A DNA stretch of 40,000 nt, taken from assembly GCA_016903675.1 (NCBI GenBank), contig JADQBA010000016.1, forward strand, positions 60,238-100,237, written 5' to 3'. Within the stretch, counting starts at the first letter, position 1. Each line of letters opens with the position of its first letter. Below the pieces are notes generated by a model. The model saw nothing but the letters and a program-made list of their open reading frames with translations. It was not told the origin of the DNA and did not search any database. The translations under genes were made by a program, and so were the position numbers. The stretch is from Stigonema ocellatum SAG 48.90 = DSM 106950 (GTDB taxonomy: Bacteria > Cyanobacteriota > Cyanobacteriia > Cyanobacteriales > Nostocaceae). Shown here piece by piece: positions 1-8,091 of the stretch.

Positions 1-598
1 GAGTTAAGTTAAAGTAGACTCGTCCCACACCCAAATCAGCATCTGGGGAACCTGGCTGTTCCTGACCGACATTGCTAACCGCAACGTAAAAGCTGTTTTG
101 CAGTCGATTTTTGGGCATCCAAATAGCAACAAACTCACCAGCCTTGACGGATTTTATCGTCGGTTCTAGATGGCACTCACGCTCAACATATAATGTCAAA
201 CCACCTTTGGTCACTGCCATACTACCATCAGGTTCCTGCTGCAACACCTGCCAACCAGGGTCAAAGTAACCTGTACCGTGGTTGCTAGCATGGAGGCGAT
301 CGTAAAATTGCCAATCAATCGCTAAAAGGGAATTGTTTTCTAAATTGTGGTAAGGCAAGCAATTAGCAGCATCACCATTCACTGCCAAGGTTGTTTGCAA
401 AGACCCATTGTAATAGATACCGTGGAGGAAATTTCGCAGTAACAGGGTGAGATACTTATGCTGCAAAGCTGCCGAATTTTGCTGAAATCGCTCTGCTACT
501 TTAGTTGGCAATGCAAAGGGTTGATAATGAGGATGGCGAATACAAAAGTTCGATTCAATTTGTATATTGCTGGCAATGTCGAAGAGAGAATTGAGCAT
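1..598 (-). CDS. Partial CDS running off the window start; hypothetical protein, possibly a HopA1-family (LanY-like lyase) partner of the upstream kinase
   Basis: My own minus-strand translation from the ATG at 598-596 reads MLNSLFDIASNIQIESNFCIRHPHYQPFALPTKVAERFQQ...DADLGVGRVYFNLT. It stays open to position 1. It is absent from the ORF track because it has no stop in the window. The ATG lies 3 nt after the kinase TGA (602-604), which suggests coupling. The family call comes from memory of the kinase+HopA1 pairing, not from a search. Confidence 0.5.
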   Translation of the reverse strand, partial: MLNSLFDIASNIQIESNFCIRHPHYQPFALPTKVAERFQQNSAALQHKYLTLLLRNFLHGIYYNGSLQTTLAVNGDAANCLPYHNLENNSLLAIDWQFYDRLHASNHGTGYFDPGWQVLQQEPDGSMAVTKGGLTLYVERECHLEPTIKSVKAGEFVAIWMPKNRLQNSFYVAVSNVGQEQPGSPDADLGVGRVYFNLT

Positions 599-601
599 AA
601 T

Positions 602-1834
602 TCATAGGAGGCGATTTTTGTGGTGATAGAGGCGAAGCAAATTCTGCTTTTTTTCTGTCTGAGGTAGGTTGGCAACTTTTGCAAAGGGTTTGATGATTTC
701 GGATTCGGCAATTCCAAAAATCGTCAGCATAGATTCCTGGGGTCGTGTCAGCAAACTTTTAGCAACTTGGAGTTGACAAATACCAGTATTATCAAAGTAT
801 TTGCGGTATTGAATTGTTTCGTGAATTTGATGAATTAGGACTAGACCCGCAAACTGGATAACTCTCATTAGGAAGTCCCGTCGGTACTCCAAAATCATTG
901 GGCAAGCACTAAGATATGCCCGAATTAATGCCAGCATTGAAGGTTGGATAGTTTCTAACGGTGTCACCGCTAGATGCAAAGATTCTTCTAACTCAATGGT
1001 TGGGTCTACAATTAGGCTATGTAGCCAAATTTCTAAATAGCTTGCTACCAGAGTTCCCAAATCAAATGCTGGATCTCCCCAAGCACAAGCTTCCCAATCA
1101 ATGAATCGCACAAGACAATTGTCTAGTTGATCCCACCTTGAATGCATCAAAATGTTGTCAAATTTCAGGTCGTTATGAGTCAAGCAGCAAGGTTGCCATT
1201 CATGTGCCAATTCGGCAATTGCTGCTGACAAACTTTCGTAACACTGATAGAGAACATAGAATTTCAGCGCGTCAGTGGGGATCATACCAAAAATCTCAGG
1301 TCCAATTGACCCTATCCCTTGCGCCGGATTGTAAAAATTATAGCGAAACTGTCCTTCGGGAGCAGTTGCCATAAAATTACGATACTCTCGGTGATTGAAG
1401 GTAGCACGATGCAGCACTCCTATGGTAGTGCCCAGAGCGATCGCGATCGCTTGTGGGAAGTACAAGTTGTTTTGATAAAAACTTGCCAGATCAATATATT
1501 CCGTCAGGTAGTTGCGGATAATAATGGAATTTTCTTCATCAAAATACGCCACTAATGGTGCGATCGCAGAATTATTTCCCAGAACTGGAAAACGCTCAAG
1601 CAATTGGTGAAACAGCCACTCATTGAAAAACTCTTGCGGAGTTCCATGATTTTCAACCCAACGTTCCTGTTTAACAAGCAGCTTGCGATTTCCTGACAGA
1701 GTAACTAGTAAGTTTAAATTCTTCTTGCTACTTTGAGACAATTCTGACTCTGCATATGCACCATCTTCTGAGCTACTCAGTCCTACATCTTGCAGATACT
1801 GGATAACATTATAAGAAGACAGTGAAAGTACCAT
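602..1834 (-). CDS. Aminoglycoside/choline-kinase-fold phosphotransferase (protein-kinase-like superfamily)
   Basis: 410-aa ORF. Catalytic-loop motif HNDLKFDNILM (HxDxxxxN) and metal-binding segment FIDWEACAWGDPAFDLG are typical of the APH/ChoK fold. Confidence 0.8.
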   Translation of the reverse strand: MVLSLSSYNVIQYLQDVGLSSSEDGAYAESELSQSSKKNLNLLVTLSGNRKLLVKQERWVENHGTPQEFFNEWLFHQLLERFPVLGNNSAIAPLVAYFDEENSIIIRNYLTEYIDLASFYQNNLYFPQAIAIALGTTIGVLHRATFNHREYRNFMATAPEGQFRYNFYNPAQGIGSIGPEIFGMIPTDALKFYVLYQCYESLSAAIAELAHEWQPCCLTHNDLKFDNILMHSRWDQLDNCLVRFIDWEACAWGDPAFDLGTLVASYLEIWLHSLIVDPTIELEESLHLAVTPLETIQPSMLALIRAYLSACPMILEYRRDFLMRVIQFAGLVLIHQIHETIQYRKYFDNTGICQLQVAKSLLTRPQESMLTIFGIAESEIIKPFAKVANLPQTEKKQNLLRLYHHKNRLL

Positions 1835-2045
1835 GTATTAGTTCCTAAAGACCTGAGAATAACGATTAGTACAATCCATTAATAGACTGTTTTTTCTAGT
1901 TAAACATGCCAAAATGGCAATATTACCTTTATTATTCCTTTAAATTTTCCTGCTATTTATTATTAAATCTTTAACCATTTCATCCTGCTTACTTTTAGGT
2001 TACCAGTAAACATTTATATAGAAATCCTAAATAATTAGTGAACGT

Positions 2046-2078
2046 AGAAACCTGGTTTCTTCAAGAAACCGGGTTTCT
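2046..2078. promoter_or_regulatory. Two tandem 15-bp near-palindromes AGAAACCNGGTTTCT separated by TCA; candidate operator or hairpin
   Basis: agaaacctggtttct (2046-2060) tca agaaaccgggtttct (2064-2078). The site is about 210 nt upstream of the kinase start on the minus strand. Confidence 0.25.
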
Positions 2079-2210
2079 GATGACTGGCAAATTTACAACT
2101 CAAATATGAGTGCTATAGCATTCTTCTTTAGTTAATCTAGTAACATTATATTACAAGGTTTATTAGTTAGTTTCCGGACAATTATAATCATTTTTGCGGA
2201 TAAAAACACT

Positions 2211-2316
2211 ATATATAGCAATCCTAAATGATTTATAAACACCTCTGGCAAGTCCTCCTTGTCCCCCAAGTCCTCCTTGTCCCCTCTGTTCAGATCTCAA
2301 ATAGGATTGCTATATA
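2211..2316. mobile_element. Small MITE-like element with terminal inverted repeats TATAGCAATCCTAWAT and an internal perfect 18-bp tandem duplication
   Basis: The left end tatatagcaatcctaaatg (2211-) matches the reverse complement of aaataggattgctatata (2299-2316). Internally, caagtcctccttgtcccc occurs at 2249-2266 and again at 2267-2284. Confidence 0.45.
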
Positions 2317-2439
2317 GGAATTCTAAATCATTCATGAAAAATTTTAAGTAGTGTAGGGTGGGCACTGCCCACCACAACCCGGATATGTAGGGCATAGCCC
2401 CACCTACGTATATTTCAAAAATCAAATATGATCCCTATA
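2312..2439 (+). mobile_element. 128-bp MITE, copy A (TIR TATAGGAAT; core palindrome GGTGGGCACTGCCCACC)
   Basis: Roughly 90 percent identical, by hand alignment, to the reverse complement of 10870-10997. Terminal inverted repeats are atataggaat / atccctata. There is no coding capacity. Confidence 0.7.
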
Positions 2440-2480
2440 GCAATCTTATTTCAGTTCTTTTCGCGCTTGGGCAATAGTTT

Positions 2481-2553
2481 ACTCCCCACTCCCTACTCCC
2501 TACTCCCCACTCCCCACTCCCCACTCCCCACTCCCTACTCCCCACTCCCCACT
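2481..2553. repeat. STRR-like heptamer tandem array (ACTCCCC/ACTCCCT, about 10.4 copies)
   Basis: Direct reading: actcccc actccct actccct actcccc x4 actccct actcccc actcccc act. The complement GGGGAGT is close to the Nostocales STRR1-type CCCCAGT arrays. Confidence 0.9.
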
Positions 2554-2577
2554 ATCTTTTGCGGTAATATAAATGTA

Positions 2578-2967
2578 CTAATACCGTGACCCAAGTAGGG
2601 AGAGTGGAGCAATGTCAGAAAATGATCGCAATGCCCTTGGCAAGCTTGTGCACTTTCCTATGAGTTGATTCACCATCATCGCCAGTGCCACGGTACCCAA
2701 AATAGTCATTAATCCTGCGGGCATAAACTTGCGTGTTTTAGCAAGTCTAAATGCGAAGAAAATGACTAAAATAGCGGTGACGATAGATGCTACAATCAAA
2801 CCCCAGGTTTGTCCTTGGAGTTGGACAAAAGCAGCAAACACAAGTAGTAACCCGCTGATACCACCACTGATGAGCGAAACTTTGCTACTGGCATTACGGT
2901 AACCAATAATGCCACCAATAATTGCCAAGATGCCGTAGGCAAAGGCGGCAACAACACCTAAAGTCAT
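2578..2967 (-). CDS. Small integral membrane protein, TMEM14/UPF0136-like (four predicted TM helices)
   Basis: 129-aa ORF with Gly-rich hydrophobic helices: AFAYGILAIIGGIIGY, LISGGISGLLLVFAAF, GLIVASIVTAILVIFFAF and GLMTILGTVALAMMV. Confidence 0.65.
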   Translation of the reverse strand: MTLGVVAAFAYGILAIIGGIIGYRNASSKVSLISGGISGLLLVFAAFVQLQGQTWGLIVASIVTAILVIFFAFRLAKTRKFMPAGLMTILGTVALAMMVNQLIGKCTSLPRALRSFSDIAPLSLLGSRY

Positions 2968-3054
2968 TGTTAAAACCTATGTAGATTTTTATTTTGCTGC
3001 AAACGTCCGCAGACAATTTACCATAGCTATTTAGCTAGATAACCGAGTTGATTA

Positions 3055-4380
3055 ATGGATAATCAAGCGATCGCAAAGATCCAATTCCTCCAACACCAAG
3101 CAGCCTCCCTTTTACTCTACCAATCTGTCAAAGAAGGTAAAGTGGGGATCGCATTTCTTGACCTGTTGCAAGCTTTACGTTACACTGATGCCGATGCGCG
3201 GGATTGCCTCCAAGCCTACGGTAGCTACTTTCAGTCCTTGGCTGCAAGAAATCAAAACTGGGAGGAATATCTCATTACTCAAATTCTCAGATCGGATAAT
3301 CCCTTTACCCGCCTAGCTCAACAGCTAGAATTTGAGAATTTGCCAGCCTCTTTAGTCGCAGCAGCTCAGCATGATTTACAAGCATTGCAGAGCCTGTATA
3401 AATGTAGCAGTGTATCTTTGAGTGAGTGGGTGCAAGCCGTGGCTAATTTGTCCGTTTCACCAGTAGTGTGGCATGAACAGCAGGATAGGGTAGGAGTAGA
3501 GGCGCAATTCATCGCGTCTTTACAAAAGTTAGAGAATTGGGCTGATGTCGTCAAAGATTTGGCAGCTTATTATCGGCAATTTGGCATGGGTTTATTTGCA
3601 GAGTATAAAGCTTTGCGCTGGCAAGGTGGAGAGTTTATTGGCATCCCATATGCCGATCCAGTTAAATTGAACCAACTGGTGGGTTACGAGTCTCAGAGAG
3701 AGACTTTGCAGAAAAATACAGAATTTTTATTATCAGGACGGGAGGCACTTCATGTATTACTTTATGGTAGTCGTGGTTCGGGAAAATCCTCTCTAGTGAA
3801 AGGTTTATTGAATGAGTATGGCGATCGCAACTTACGCTTACTGGAAGTGGCAAAATCCGGATTGAAAGACTTACCAGAAATTGTGGAACAGTTGCGGGGA
3901 ACACCACAGAAATTTATCATCTTTGTTGATGACCTTTCCTTTGAAGAAGATGACGACGCCTTTAAAGCCCTGAAAGTGGTTTTAGAAGGCAATTTAACCG
4001 CACGACCGCAAAATGTTGTAGTGTATGCTACTTCTAATCGTCGCCACTTAATTCGAGAGTTTTTTGCCGATAGACCAGCTGCTAGGGATAACGAGGAAAT
4101 CCATGCATGGGATACTATGCAGGAGAAGCTTTCGTTTAGCGATCGCTTTGGTCTGACCTTAACTTTTGAACCCGCCGATCAAAAAACTTATTTACAAATT
4201 GTCCGGCATTTAGCAGCACAAGCTGAAATTAATATAAAGCAGGAAGACTTGGAATATCAAGCTTTGCAATGGGCAACTCGTCACAATGGTCGTTCTGGAC
4301 GAACTGCACGGCAATTTGTTGATTTCTTAAAAGCTGACTTGGCGGTTTTTGGGTTGCAAAACTATGCAGCTAACACGTAG
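3055..4380 (+). CDS. P-loop ATPase of the DUF815 type (AAA-like)
   Basis: 441-aa ORF. Walker A is LLYGSRGSGKSSLVKGLL and Walker B is FIIFVDDLSFEEDD, followed by VYATSNRRHL. The layout is typical of DUF815 ATP-binding proteins. Confidence 0.75.
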   Translation: MDNQAIAKIQFLQHQAASLLLYQSVKEGKVGIAFLDLLQALRYTDADARDCLQAYGSYFQSLAARNQNWEEYLITQILRSDNPFTRLAQQLEFENLPASLVAAAQHDLQALQSLYKCSSVSLSEWVQAVANLSVSPVVWHEQQDRVGVEAQFIASLQKLENWADVVKDLAAYYRQFGMGLFAEYKALRWQGGEFIGIPYADPVKLNQLVGYESQRETLQKNTEFLLSGREALHVLLYGSRGSGKSSLVKGLLNEYGDRNLRLLEVAKSGLKDLPEIVEQLRGTPQKFIIFVDDLSFEEDDDAFKALKVVLEGNLTARPQNVVVYATSNRRHLIREFFADRPAARDNEEIHAWDTMQEKLSFSDRFGLTLTFEPADQKTYLQIVRHLAAQAEINIKQEDLEYQALQWATRHNGRSGRTARQFVDFLKADLAVFGLQNYAANT

Positions 4381-4489
4381 TCATCATGTTCCTTGATTTA
4401 TTTATGGGGTTCCCCACCTACTCCCCTATGGGCGTATTGCAAGTAGCCCCTACTTTATTTCAAAAAATCCTTATTCTGACAACTTTGCT

Positions 4490-5776
4490 ATGCTAAAAAC
4501 AAGCAATATACAATCAGCAATGATCAGCAATCGATTGATTATAGGTACAGTTGCCTTTGGTGTGAGTTTTGGTCTTAGTCTCGTCCTTAGCTGGGATTTT
4601 AATAAAGCCTTTCTCACAGGTGTCATTACAGTACCAGCCACTTACTTAGCAGCATTATTTGTAGATAAACGGCGAAGATATCATGAAATGCTCGTTTTAG
4701 ATTCTCTCCAGAGGAGAATTAAAGAGCTTGAGGCAATGAAGTTCCGTATGGTCTCAGAAATTGATCAATTTGAGGCTCATAGCGCTTTATTATATGCAGA
4801 GTCAAGCAAACTACAAAATCAAATAGCAGAACGCCGTAGCCAAAGGGATAGCCTGAATCGAGAGTTAAGTACTTTTGTTAAAGAAAAAAATCAGTTAGAA
4901 GCAGAAATTAACCATCGGCAAACTGAAATTAAAAACCTGGACAAAAATAAAATAGAACTAAATAATTCCTGTTCGGTTCTAACAGCAGAAAAACGTCGTC
5001 TAGAGATGAATTGCAATATATCGCGTTCTGAAATAACTCAGTTGCAAACTCGCATTACGGAACTCCTACAGGAAAACCAAGAACTGGAAAGTAATTTAAT
5101 CTTACTGAATAGACTCAAACCCCAACTAGAAGAAAAATTGTACGAGCTACGAGTTAAAATTCAAGACCTAGAAGTTCAGGAAACCGAGCAAAATAAATTA
5201 CTTTTAGAGAAAAACTCACAAAGCAAAAACATAGAAGCCAACCTCAACTCCTTACAAACTAAACTAACTGAACAAGAAACACAACTAAAACAGTTACAAC
5301 AACAAATTATATTATTACAAAATGAACGCGACCAGTTGCAAAGCCAAGTTTGGGAATTACTCGAACAAATGGAAACCCTAAATTTGGAACTCATACCTCA
5401 TAATCCACAGGAAGATGATGTTGATTTATTCCCTTTTTCTGATTTACTTGACTCTCTAACCGAAAAACCAGAAAATCTACCTGAAGAATGGACTAAACTT
5501 TTAGATCTGCTACCAGGATACGAAATTCAGGTATTAAAAGCCATAATTGAGCAAGAAAATCCTAATTCTGCTTTAAAAAAAATTGCCGAACAAAACATTA
5601 CAATGCCACATTTATTAATTGATTCCATAAATGAACGTGCTAATGATACTATTGGCGAATTGATAATTGACCCCTATTCTGACCCTCAAAAAATTTATCA
5701 AGAACATATGATAAACGCAAAAAAAATGATTTCAGCATATGAAGCTACAATAGCTAAACAAACCACAGCAAAATAA
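4490..5776 (+). CDS. Membrane-anchored coiled-coil protein with a TerB-C-like C-terminal module (SngA-like candidate)
   Basis: 428-aa ORF. It has two N-terminal hydrophobic helices (LIIGTVAFGVSFGLSLVLSW and FLTGVITVPATYLAALFV). About 230 aa of Q/E/L/N-rich heptad sequence follows. The C-terminus LPEEWTKLLDLLPGYEIQVLKAII...LLIDSINERANDTIGELIIDP resembles the TerB-C pattern (INExAxDxxGDxLIE) as I remember it. Confidence 0.5.
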   Translation: MLKTSNIQSAMISNRLIIGTVAFGVSFGLSLVLSWDFNKAFLTGVITVPATYLAALFVDKRRRYHEMLVLDSLQRRIKELEAMKFRMVSEIDQFEAHSALLYAESSKLQNQIAERRSQRDSLNRELSTFVKEKNQLEAEINHRQTEIKNLDKNKIELNNSCSVLTAEKRRLEMNCNISRSEITQLQTRITELLQENQELESNLILLNRLKPQLEEKLYELRVKIQDLEVQETEQNKLLLEKNSQSKNIEANLNSLQTKLTEQETQLKQLQQQIILLQNERDQLQSQVWELLEQMETLNLELIPHNPQEDDVDLFPFSDLLDSLTEKPENLPEEWTKLLDLLPGYEIQVLKAIIEQENPNSALKKIAEQNITMPHLLIDSINERANDTIGELIIDPYSDPQKIYQEHMINAKKMISAYEATIAKQTTAK

Positions 5777-5817
5777 TTCGTACTTAAGAATCCCTAATTC
5801 GTAATAATTAACACAAC

Positions 5818-5852
5818 TACGAATTACGAATTACGAATTACGCATTACGAAT
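5818..5852. repeat. Heptamer tandem array TACGAAT x5 (one variant TACGCAT)
   Basis: tacgaat tacgaat tacgaat tacgcat tacgaat lies directly upstream of the ATPase start at 5857. The same heptamer array recurs at 26542-26576. Confidence 0.9.
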
Positions 5853-5856
5853 CAAG

Positions 5857-7182
5857 GTGACTTCCATGGCAAAGCTCAAAATCTCGAAAAAAATATCCAC
5901 TGCTTTGATAAACTCTCTGAGTGCAGGGGTAGTTCCAAGAGTCGGACTAGAACACATAGCAGTAGGTCGGGAACAAGAACTGAAAAGCCTATTACAAAAC
6001 CTTGACGATATAGCTGAAGGAGTAGCGGCGTTTCGCTTCATAATAGGTAACTATGGTTCAGGCAAAAGCTTCATTCTACAACTGATTCGCAATCATGCCA
6101 TAGAGCAAGGTTTTGTTGTAGCGGACGCTGATTTATCACCTGAACGCCGACTAGCAGGAACAAACAACGAAGGTCTAGGAACCTATCGAGAATTAATGAG
6201 CCGACTTGCCACAAAAACTCGTCCTGATGGTGGTGCTTTAGTTTCCATTCTAGAAGGATGGATTAACAAAATTCAACAAGAAGTCGCCAAAGAAACCGGA
6301 ATGCGTCCTAATGACGAGGGTTTTGATGACCAAGTTGAAGCGAAAATTAGGGAAGTCGTTCAGTATATTGAAGACTTAGTTCACGGATTTGATTTTGGTA
6401 GCGTTGTTATTGCTTATTGGCGTGGCTATCGATTAGATGATGATGCATTGAAGGCTGCTGCTTTACGGTGGCTGCGAGGAGAATTTAGCACGAAAATTGA
6501 GGCAAAAGCAGCCTTGGGAGTACGTGTTATCATTGATGACGATAGTTGGTATGACTACATCAAGCTATTAGCTAAGTTTGTGGCTGAGATTGGCTATAAA
6601 GGACTTGTGGTCTTGCTTGATGAAGCTGTGCATTTATACCAAATATCCACTACAGTGACTCGTGAAAAAAATTACAACAGACTGCTGGGAATCTTCAATG
6701 ATATCATGCAGTGCAAAGCAGAGCATCTAGGCATTGTTATAGGTGGAACAACAAAATTTTTGGAAGACCCAAATCGGGGACTTTTTACAGATGCAGCTTG
6801 GCGAAGGCGTACAAAAGAAAGCCGTTTTGTCACCCAATCTGGTGTTCAGGAATTTTTGGGACCCGTCCTCCGGCTTAACCCCCTCACTCAAGAAGAAATC
6901 CTCACGCTTTTGCAAAGATTAGCTGAGATACATGCTTTAAATTTTGCTTATAACCAAGCTTTGACAGTTAGTGAGTTGAAAGAGTTTGTGCAAGAAATTG
7001 TCAATCGCTTAGGTGCAGAAGCATTGCTCACTCCCGGCCAAATTGTGCGAGATTTTATTAGTGTGCTAAATCTTTTGTACCAAAACCCGAAAATTTCTTT
7101 TGGTGAACTCATTCATGGTACTGACTTTAAACCCACGATTGTAGGTAAAGATGGGGATGATATAGCAGAATTTAGTTTATGA
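5857..7182 (+). CDS. DUF2791 / BrxC-BrxD-type P-loop ATPase (SngB-like candidate)
   Basis: 441-aa ORF. Walker A is FIIGNYGSGKSFILQLI and Walker B is GLVVLLDEAVHL. Size and layout match the roughly 440-aa BREX-ATP-binding-domain proteins that sit between TerB-type proteins and DEAD/DEAH helicases. Confidence 0.7.
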   Translation: MTSMAKLKISKKISTALINSLSAGVVPRVGLEHIAVGREQELKSLLQNLDDIAEGVAAFRFIIGNYGSGKSFILQLIRNHAIEQGFVVADADLSPERRLAGTNNEGLGTYRELMSRLATKTRPDGGALVSILEGWINKIQQEVAKETGMRPNDEGFDDQVEAKIREVVQYIEDLVHGFDFGSVVIAYWRGYRLDDDALKAAALRWLRGEFSTKIEAKAALGVRVIIDDDSWYDYIKLLAKFVAEIGYKGLVVLLDEAVHLYQISTTVTREKNYNRLLGIFNDIMQCKAEHLGIVIGGTTKFLEDPNRGLFTDAAWRRRTKESRFVTQSGVQEFLGPVLRLNPLTQEEILTLLQRLAEIHALNFAYNQALTVSELKEFVQEIVNRLGAEALLTPGQIVRDFISVLNLLYQNPKISFGELIHGTDFKPTIVGKDGDDIAEFSL

Positions 7183-7274
7183 TTAACGAACTGAAGAAGC
7201 AAGGTGATAATTTTGGTAGATACAGCAGCAGTATAGAACCAGCCCTTTCAAGGTGAAACGTAAAAGTGAAGTTT

Positions 7275-7346
7275 TTCTTCGTGTTCTTCGCGTCTTCGTG
7301 GTTCAAAAATATTTTTAAACCGCGAAGGCACGAAGAACACGAAGAA
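7275..7346. repeat. Imperfect inverted repeat (29-nt arms) of the CTTCGTG/CACGAAG dispersed-repeat type
   Basis: ttcttcgtgttcttcgcgtcttcgtggtt (7275-7303) pairs with aaccgcgaaggcacgaagaacacgaagaa (7318-7346). The outer 16 nt are perfectly complementary. Confidence 0.8.
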
Positions 7347-7374
7347 GAAATGCCGAAAAGGGAATCTTCAGCTT

Positions 7375-7955
7375 TTGCATCAATCCCTGACCGATGCCAG
7401 TGGTACTCCTGCGGGTTCTATTCACTTCCAGGGTCGAAATATTAGCTTGAATGATGCTTCTGCTGCCCTCTTAATTAATCAAGGAAGCGGCAATTCAGGC
7501 GATATCAGCGTTAATGCTAGCGAGTCGTTAAAACTGCGGGGAGTTGGCACCGATGGATTTCCGCAAAGTCTATTGCGTGCTGATAACTTCGGTGATATTT
7601 TGGAGTTGACCCTAATTCTGGCTTAATAGAACTGCCGACAAATGTGACCGATCCATCGCAGCAGATAGCTACAGGTTGTTCTACCACTGGTAGTAGTTTT
7701 GTGGCAACGAGACGGGGTGGAGTGCCACAAAATCCAAATCAACAGGTGATTCAAGATCGCACTTGGTCTGATGTGCGCGATATCTCCCCATACCGCAAAA
7801 CACACAAAGTACAAGCACAAATACCCCAATCCCCTGAGGTTCTTGTCCAAGCCACTTCTTGGCATCGCAATGCTGACGGTAAAATTGAATTAATTGCGAC
7901 AAAATCTTCTACTCAGGTCCAACCATCGTTAACCTGTGCAGCAGTTCCCAACTAA
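7375..7955 (+). pseudogene. C-terminal remnant of a filamentous-haemagglutinin/TpsA-like beta-helix secreted protein; frameshifted and 5'-truncated
   Basis: Two ORFs lie in different frames. The first reads ...GSIHFQGRNISLNDASAALLINQGSGNSGDISVNASESLKLRG (beta-helix repeats). The second reads NSGLIELPTNVTDPSQQIATGCSTTGSSFVATRRGGVPQNP..., the conserved C-terminal box of cyanobacterial haemagglutinin-like proteins. Only about 190 aa remain of a family that is normally over 800 aa. Confidence 0.6.
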
Positions 7956-8002
7956 AGCCTAATCGCCTCAACAACAACTACCAATCCACAATATATAATC
8001 AT

Positions 8003-8075
8003 AACCGCAGATGAACACAGATAAACGCAGATAAAACAGACAATTATCTGCGTTTATCTGTGTTCATCTGCGGTT
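8003..8075. repeat. Perfect 31-bp inverted repeat with an 11-nt loop, 17 nt upstream of the helicase ATG
   Basis: aaccgcagatgaacacagataaacgcagata (8003-8033) is the exact reverse complement of tatctgcgtttatctgtgttcatctgcggtt (8045-8075). Confidence 0.9.
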
Positions 8076-8091
8076 AAAAATCCAAAATCCT

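Noticed and set aside
496-717. 73-aa minus-strand ORF from the track
   Set aside because: It overlaps the 3' end of the kinase and the 5' end of the downstream coupled ORF in a different frame. Its composition is hydrophobic and low-complexity. The kinase and downstream ORFs explain the region better.
1138-1555. Two 78-aa plus-strand ORFs
   Set aside because: They are fully antisense to the well-supported kinase gene and carry no motifs.
2481-2553. Possible CRISPR array; the same question applies to 31081-31120 and 37056-37122
   Set aside because: The period is only 7-8 nt with no spacers, and no cas genes are present. These are STRR-type microsatellite arrays typical of heterocystous cyanobacteria.
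3366-3992. Three minus-strand ORFs (62-81 aa)
   Set aside because: They are antisense to the DUF815 ATPase gene and are Cys/Ser-rich nonsense-like sequences.
5176-5394. 72-aa minus-strand ORF
   Set aside because: It is antisense to the repetitive coiled-coil region. Low-complexity codon repeats keep the antisense frame open.
7623-7902. Minus-strand ORFs of 80 and 73 aa
   Set aside because: They are antisense to the haemagglutinin-like remnant, whose plus-strand reading gives recognisable family motifs.
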